From NCBI GenBank assembly GCA_021204165.1, contig JAJPZU010000112.1, positions 1 through 11,574 of the forward strand: a stretch of 11,574 bases of DNA, read 5' to 3'. The notes beneath the pieces are model-generated. The model saw only the letters and a program-made list of their open reading frames with translations. It searched no databases and was not told where the DNA came from. The DNA comes from Prevotellaceae bacterium (GTDB lineage: Bacteria > Bacteroidota > Bacteroidia > Bacteroidales > Bacteroidaceae). Both the position numbers and the translations under genes were made by a program. Shown here in pieces: positions 6,900 through 11,574 of this stretch (within the stretch, counting starts at the first letter, position 1; every line of letters starts with the position of its first letter).

Positions 6900-7580
6900 T
6901 TACCATACATATTGCGATGGATATTTTACTTGCATGAAAGTGAAGCCATGCCCCATTACGCTATGGTGAGAAGTCGTCTGTGCTGTCATATTTGATACAA
7001 TACTGCCAAACACCTGCATATTTGCTCTTGCGTCACCGCGTGAAGCAAGAATGGGTGCATCAGGGACATCGTAATCGCGCCATGCAAATAAGCAGACCTT
7101 TTGGGGATATGTCAAGAGATTTACAGCTGTTGTAGATTCTTGAATCAAAACTTCTATCGATTTAAGCATTTGCTGTCTGGCTTTTGCCCGTTTCCCTTCC
7201 GGGTATTTTCCCGTATTAGGCTCAACATATTTTTCCTCATAACAACACAAGTCACAGAATACAACTTTTTCATGTACCATTCCTGTCTCTGTCATTAATA
7301 AATCACATCGGTCTTTAATATTGGCAGTAGTGCCTGCAAATTGTTCGATATACTTTTCAAAACGAACCACAGCAATTTCCTTGCCATTATTATTCACCTT
7401 CAGAACTTCTTTATTGCATTCATTACGGTAAGCCCTTTCAGGCAATTGCTGACATCGTATGCAACTCTTGGAGTCGGTTTCTGAGAAAGGTTCGCGTATT
7501 CTGTAGAGAGGCACTTCTACTTCTTGTGGATTTATGCCATAATGGAGCGGGAATGCCTTTTTAAGAAAAGATTCTATCAT
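6900..7580 (-). CDS. Hypothetical 226-aa Cys-rich protein, putative effector partner of the upstream ATPase; no family assigned
   Basis: Uninterrupted 226-aa ORF whose ATG overlaps the ATPase stop (ATGA at 7577-7580). It contains CIRC (CxxC) and CDLCC cysteine clusters. Possible catalytic-type strings are LLMTETG, YEEK and WRDYDVPD. I recognise no family signature. Confidence 0.7.
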   Translation of the reverse strand: MIESFLKKAFPLHYGINPQEVEVPLYRIREPFSETDSKSCIRCQQLPERAYRNECNKEVLKVNNNGKEIAVVRFEKYIEQFAGTTANIKDRCDLLMTETGMVHEKVVFCDLCCYEEKYVEPNTGKYPEGKRAKARQQMLKSIEVLIQESTTAVNLLTYPQKVCLFAWRDYDVPDAPILASRGDARANMQVFGSIVSNMTAQTTSHHSVMGHGFTFMQVKYPSQYVW

Positions 7581-8737
7581 ACGTCAAGATTTACAAATTC
7601 ATTATAAATGTGACTCATCAACTCTGAGAGGTCGTAAGTATCTACAATCCACCGTCCGCGTTCATTTTGGACAAGCAAATCTTGTATCTCTCCTTCATAT
7701 ATTCGATAAACAGCCGTGTTAGTCCTGCTCAATTGGGCACGTACTGCATTTGTTTGGTTTAGTAAAACATTCAAGTAGTTAAGAATATACGGACTATGGG
7801 TCGCAAGCATCATATTAATTTCTCGATTTTCATCCGCATGTGTTGCCGACAGCACAATTTCTTCTATGAGTTTGCACTGTGCATCAGGGAACAGACTTAA
7901 CTCAGGTTCTTCAATATGGATATATACTTGTTTCTTCAAATCGCTGGGTTCTGCGACAGCCCGAAACTTGTTCAATCTTTCCATATCATACAGATAGTTC
8001 AGGACAGAGCGCTTGAATGCGTCCTTAAATGAAAAGCCATTTGCGCTGGCATAGTTCTTTACAATCAAAGCGACCGATGCTGACGTTTGAATGCCGGATG
8101 AAGCTTCTCGTAAGTCGATTGGCTCATGACGGCTGTCATTTGGAATGACGGTGTAGCGTGTAGGCTTACCTTTGGGGTGGGTTATCTGAAGCTTCATGCC
8201 TATATAGTCCAACGGTATCTCTTTGTCGTTTGCCGATGCTCTGACAAAATCATTGTTTGTTTCATGAAAATAAAATCCCAAGGTTGCACCTGTGTTTTGG
8301 GATGCCTTTTGCGCCCATGTCGGAATGATGTTTCGGTTTTCAGAGATATAGGACACTTTGTTGAACACCAAATGGTCAGAAGATATAATGGGAAGTCTGC
8401 CTAATTTCTTGTTTTCCATCAAGATGGTGTATTCCGTTTCATCATCCATGACTACACTATACCTAATTACACTTGACGAGTCAAGCATTTTATACATTCC
8501 CGTTTCTTTCATCATCGAATCGAAGCGCATCCTGAAAGGAGAGCTTGTTATTTTTGAATGCTTCAAATAAGAACGGATGTTTGCCATTTTGTACAGATAG
8601 CGCATCATGCTTATCAGCTTCATCAGTGTGCTTTTACCACTTGCGGATTCACCAATCAACACAGTGAATGGCAGAAGGCCAAGGTTCTCAATGTGCTTTA
8701 GCGGACCAATATTTTTAATTGTTATAAATTCCTTCAT
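7577..8737 (-). CDS. Stand-alone ABC/SMC-like ATPase (AAA_15/AAA_21-type), defence-associated architecture
   Basis: Walker A is LIGESASGKSTL, the Walker-B-like strand is VYIHIEEPELSLFP, and the H-loop-like motif is LATHSPYILNYL. The ORF track extends to 8815, but MKEFITIKNIGPL (ATG at 8735-8737) matches the usual N-terminus of this ATPase class, so the 26-aa extension is probably not translated. Confidence 0.88.
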   Translation of the reverse strand: MKEFITIKNIGPLKHIENLGLLPFTVLIGESASGKSTLMKLISMMRYLYKMANIRSYLKHSKITSSPFRMRFDSMMKETGMYKMLDSSSVIRYSVVMDDETEYTILMENKKLGRLPIISSDHLVFNKVSYISENRNIIPTWAQKASQNTGATLGFYFHETNNDFVRASANDKEIPLDYIGMKLQITHPKGKPTRYTVIPNDSRHEPIDLREASSGIQTSASVALIVKNYASANGFSFKDAFKRSVLNYLYDMERLNKFRAVAEPSDLKKQVYIHIEEPELSLFPDAQCKLIEEIVLSATHADENREINMMLATHSPYILNYLNVLLNQTNAVRAQLSRTNTAVYRIYEGEIQDLLVQNERGRWIVDTYDLSELMSHIYNEFVNLDV

Positions 8738-8916
8738 AATAAAGTTTTGTTTTTCAAACAATCTGATAAAGTATGATTTACCCAATAAAGATACTAATTT
8801 GTACTTCAACAGCAAAAAAAATCCTGTATTGTGACGCTAAAAACGTGAATTTATTACAGAAATGGCACTTTGTCATGTCAAATCAGAAGGTGAAGTGTCA
8901 AAACAGGAGATACAAT

Positions 8917-8924
8917 CCAAACTT
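8917..8924 (-). promoter_or_regulatory. Candidate -7 promoter element (TAAGTTTG on the minus strand) upstream of the ATPase cassette
   Basis: Matches TAnnTTTG on the minus strand. It lies in the AT-rich spacer between the ParB-like stop (8957) and the ATPase start, about 180 nt upstream of the ATG at 8737. Motif match only. Confidence 0.25.
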
Positions 8925-8956
8925 ATTGTTGCATGAACATCTGGGGCCAGAGCCGC

Positions 8957-9478
8957 CTAATCCTCCAGCCAGTCCTCCGACAAACTGAAGTCCTTGTCCG
9001 CAAACAAGTCCGCCAGCCCGGAAATCTGCTTCAGCCTCAACAGCTCATCCTTGTCCATGCCGATATTGCGCATAATCCACGCATCCGACATGCCCGCAGA
9101 CGTAAGCTCCGACACGATGTGGCTCATCAGCTCTATCGTGTGCGTACCCCTCGCCCTGTTATGACGTATGGTCGAAGCCATTCTGCACGAAATATCCTTG
9201 TCTATCACCGACACGGGAAGCATCCCCTTCTCCCTGTCATAAATTCGTTTCGATGTCTTCATCACCAGATAGCGGTGGAATCCATCTACAATCTCATACT
9301 TGTCCTCGTCCTTCAAGTAATAGCACACGCAAGGCATGGTGTACCCGTCCTCCCATATCGACAGTTCCAACAGCTTCATCTCCGGAGGAGCCACCATGTT
9401 GGGGTTATAATTGTTCGCCACCACTTTCTCGATAGGCACTGCTATCACATTATATACCGGACTCTTAAAATTTTCCAT
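8957..9478 (-). CDS. ParB/sulfiredoxin-fold domain protein (IbrB-like / DndB-like)
   Basis: 173-aa ORF with ANNYNPN and EIVDGFHRYLV (a ParB-type DGxHR box). Its start overlaps the end of the PAPS-reductase-family gene by 14 nt. Confidence 0.85.
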   Translation of the reverse strand: MENFKSPVYNVIAVPIEKVVANNYNPNMVAPPEMKLLELSIWEDGYTMPCVCYYLKDEDKYEIVDGFHRYLVMKTSKRIYDREKGMLPVSVIDKDISCRMASTIRHNRARGTHTIELMSHIVSELTSAGMSDAWIMRNIGMDKDELLRLKQISGLADLFADKDFSLSEDWLED

Positions 9479-10763
9479 ATTCCAATGCTTTATATTTTCT
9501 CATCACACTTTCTCGTCTGCTCTTCTCATTCTTGGTCAGGGTAAAGCCCATGTACTTACACACATGGTCGTTTCTCAGTATGCAGATGCAGACACGCTTG
9601 AATGTCGGAATCTCCCGAAACTCCGGAATGTCTATGTCGTCAACGTACTCCATCATGACCGGTCTTTTGTTAGTGCGGTATGCCGTGGTCGTCCCAACCG
9701 TAAACTTCACCCCTGCCGCACGCAATTTTTCAATGGTCTCATCGCTCAGACATCCGCCTTTCGTCCTCCAGAATCTCATGCTCACACCTATCTTGTCCAG
9801 ATAATTGCGGCACACCTTCTCCGGCAACGTGTCCAGCAGAAAGTACATGTACTTTTTCCAAGAAAATCCGTGAGGACATTTTATCGACTTCCATCCCATA
9901 GCCGTCGTATTCCCGTAGATGCCGGAAAAATTGACACCATTGACACGGCTGACCATCCGCCCCCACATGTCGGGGTCTATCGCCCGATAGACACTCAGCG
10001 TAGGTATGGCATGAGAAATGAACGGACTTGCCACCCGCTGCCGCCCAATCGGAATGCCCGCACGCGAATAAAGGTCATAAAGCGGATTATAAGTCCATCC
10101 GAATTTTCCGTTTGCCGTCCAGATGTCAGATGTTTTCCAGTCATAAAGCGGATAAGCGTTATACACATGTGCAGCAAGCTTATGTGTCCATTTGTAATGC
10201 GAAAGCCGCCGGTAGTTCTTGGCATTGTGTATGGCCGTCCACCGGTTAAAACTCTCCTGCGTCCTTATGCCTACAAGACAACATATACGTTCACATTTCT
10301 TCCGGTTGCGCAGCCAAGGGGCGAAAAGATACTGGAAGTCATAGTCCCACAAGGCATCAGTGAAGAAATTGAAATCGGCTGCCGTATAAGCCCCCTCAGG
10401 CATTTCCCTCACCCATATATCCTTCTCCGATTCTCCCCAAGGTCTCCAATACGACTGGTGCATGGATGTACAGGTCATGACTTTGAAGGGCACGCAACAA
10501 TGGTACACCTCCAGAATGTCGCGATTCTCCGACAGGGTACGGCGCACATACTCCGTGGTCTGCCGGTACTGCACCTCGTAGTCCATGTGGAACACACCCA
10601 GCTTACGTCCCGGAGCATACCTCCGTATATAGTCTATGCACAGATTCAACAACACTCCGCTGTCCTTGCCACCCGAAAACGAGACATACACATAATCGAA
10701 ATAATCGAATATGATCTTCAGCCTCCTTTGCACTGCTTCATAAACATCAAGTTGCCTAATCAT
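9465..10763 (-). CDS. Phosphoadenosine-phosphosulfate (PAPS) reductase-family PP-loop protein with extended C-terminal domain (IbrA-like / DndC-like)
   Basis: 432-aa ORF with the PP-loop ATP-pyrophosphatase motif VSFSGGKDSGVLL near the N-terminus. The long Trp/Tyr-rich C-terminal extension resembles IbrA-type proteins. It is paired with a ParB-like gene. Confidence 0.88.
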   Translation of the reverse strand: MIRQLDVYEAVQRRLKIIFDYFDYVYVSFSGGKDSGVLLNLCIDYIRRYAPGRKLGVFHMDYEVQYRQTTEYVRRTLSENRDILEVYHCCVPFKVMTCTSMHQSYWRPWGESEKDIWVREMPEGAYTAADFNFFTDALWDYDFQYLFAPWLRNRKKCERICCLVGIRTQESFNRWTAIHNAKNYRRLSHYKWTHKLAAHVYNAYPLYDWKTSDIWTANGKFGWTYNPLYDLYSRAGIPIGRQRVASPFISHAIPTLSVYRAIDPDMWGRMVSRVNGVNFSGIYGNTTAMGWKSIKCPHGFSWKKYMYFLLDTLPEKVCRNYLDKIGVSMRFWRTKGGCLSDETIEKLRAAGVKFTVGTTTAYRTNKRPVMMEYVDDIDIPEFREIPTFKRVCICILRNDHVCKYMGFTLTKNEKSRRESVMRKYKALEYGKF

Positions 10764-11164
10764 TCCTTACGTCCTCCGGCATATACCATCTTGTCATAAT
10801 TCTTCCATTCCCTATGTGTCCTGAAGCCGTTGCGTGCAAAGTCAGCCACATGACGCTTGTGTACGACTGCGGTCAGCACAGTCCTGCTCACCGACTCCGC
10901 CACCACCCTGTCGAGCAGAGCATCAATGAGCAAAGAATCGTCGCCCTTGATATAATAATTGTCAATACAGGCTTCACGCTCTTTCTCCTTTACCGGAATG
11001 AATCCGATTACCTCCTTTTTCTCTATGGCCACATACCATTTGTGATGACGGGAGGTCTTGAAGGGATAATTGTTGTTGAGCCTCAACACTGCCGCATTCA
11101 TCACCAGCGGTGCCACCAGCTCATAAAGGCGGGAAGATGTGCCTTCTAAAATCTCAATATTCAT
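10760..11164 (-). CDS. Small GNAT-like (acetyltransferase-fold) protein, function unknown
   Basis: 134-aa ORF whose stop overlaps the next start (ATGA at 10760-10763). The C-terminal VADFARNGFR resembles the GNAT motif-B region, but the usual R/QxxGxG/A acetyl-CoA loop is not evident. The fold call is therefore tentative. Confidence 0.55.
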   Translation of the reverse strand: MNIEILEGTSSRLYELVAPLVMNAAVLRLNNNYPFKTSRHHKWYVAIEKKEVIGFIPVKEKEREACIDNYYIKGDDSLLIDALLDRVVAESVSRTVLTAVVHKRHVADFARNGFRTHREWKNYDKMVYAGGRKE

Positions 11165-11312
11165 AAAAACAGTCTTTTTGATTCTTGCCTATCCCGACTT
11201 CCGAATCATGAGAGTCTCGGTCTTATAAAGAAGATACATCAGTTGCCACATCCGTAATCTATAAACAGCAGACATCATGAACCATCAAAGTCAAGTAATG
11301 CAATAAACTATG

Positions 11313-11320
11313 CAAAAGTA
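11313..11320 (-). promoter_or_regulatory. Candidate -7 promoter element (TACTTTTG on the minus strand) for the GNAT-like/PAPS-reductase/ParB operon
   Basis: Exact TAnnTTTG match on the minus strand, about 150 nt upstream of the first gene of the operon (ATG at 11162-11164). No other gene lies between. No -33 element is seen. Confidence 0.35.
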
Positions 11321-11424
11321 CGACAAATACCTTTTTTATTCTACCCGATGTCATATTTTTTACAAGAAGAATACTTAGATACTGTTTTTTAGAAGCCGTT
11401 TGTTTAAATGAATGTATTCAACAA

Positions 11425-11574
11425 TTTTAAGCTTGTCTATTTAACGGACTCCTCATGTGTATTTAGTGGAATGTTTTTATATTTGGTGGGGTGTTCTCGG
11501 CAGACTCCTCATGTGTGAATTGTATGTGTTAGCAGACGTTTTCGACAGACTCCTCCGTCGCTACCGCGCCACCT
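11425..11574. repeat. Right arm of the window-bracketing inverted repeat: 37-nt terminal core (11538-11574) plus three inverted iterations of the GAGGAGTCTG motif
   Basis: CAGACTCCTC / CGGACTCCTC occurs at 11546-11555, 11501-11510 and 11445-11454. The reverse complement of 11425-11457 (catgaggagtccgttaaatagacaagcttaaaa) aligns with the left arm at 97-129. The core ends exactly at the last base of the window. Confidence 0.85.

Noticed and set aside
8738-8815. 26-aa N-terminal extension of the ATPase ORF (MLLKYKLVSLLGKSYFIRLFEKQNFI)
   Set aside because: The internal start MKEFITIKNIGPL matches the usual N-terminus of this ATPase class, just upstream of the Walker A motif. The extension is AT-rich spacer-like sequence. 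The true start remains untested.
9411-10799. 462-aa plus-strand ORF (and 8933..9544, 203 aa)
   Set aside because: Both lie antisense to the PAPS-reductase-family and ParB-like genes. The composition is His/Arg/Pro-rich and no motifs are present.
11207-11220. CATGAGAGTCTCGG, a partial copy of the terminal-repeat motif in the opposite orientation to the other right-arm copies
   Set aside because: It lacks one G of the GAGGAGTCTG core and the downstream GAAAAC tail. This is too weak to call a fourth binding site.
1-11574. Search for transposase, integrase, tRNA, rRNA or toxin-antitoxin genes that would explain the terminal repeats
   Set aside because: None of the six-frame ORFs shows DDE, tyrosine- or serine-recombinase motifs, and no tRNA-like cloverleaf sequence was spotted. 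The mobility hypothesis therefore relies on factors outside the window.

Overview
All ten credible genes are on the minus strand; the long plus-strand ORFs are antisense shadows. In transcription order (high to low coordinates) there are four blocks. (1) 11164-8957: three overlapping genes encoding a small GNAT-like protein, a PP-loop PAPS-reductase-family protein (IbrA/DndC-like) and a ParB/sulfiredoxin-fold protein (IbrB/DndB-like). (2) 8737-6900: a visibly AT-richer two-gene cassette, a stand-alone ABC/SMC-like ATPase overlapping by 4 nt a 226-aa Cys-rich protein I cannot assign to any family. This is my best candidate for an undescribed defence-type system. (3) 6700-4579: an NfeD/YqiJ-like membrane protein and a flotillin/YqiK-like SPFH protein, ending in a clear intrinsic terminator. 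(4) 3835-227: a housekeeping acyl-CoA carboxylase operon (biotin carboxylase, BCCP, carboxyltransferase). The window is bracketed by an imperfect inverted repeat. Its 36/37-nt terminal core lies at 11-46 and 11538-11574, and three inward iterations of a GAGGAGTCTG-centred motif follow in each arm. No transposase, integrase or tRNA lies inside. Non-coding structure includes eight exactly phased 11-bp T-tract units (4425-4512), four tandem 21-24-bp repeats between the NfeD-like and flotillin genes (6040-6128), and an unexplained 740-bp gene-free gap (3836-4578). Gene content and TAnnTTTG-type promoter-like motifs suggest a Bacteroidales-like host, but that is inference only. All functional calls rest on motifs read by eye; no searches were run.
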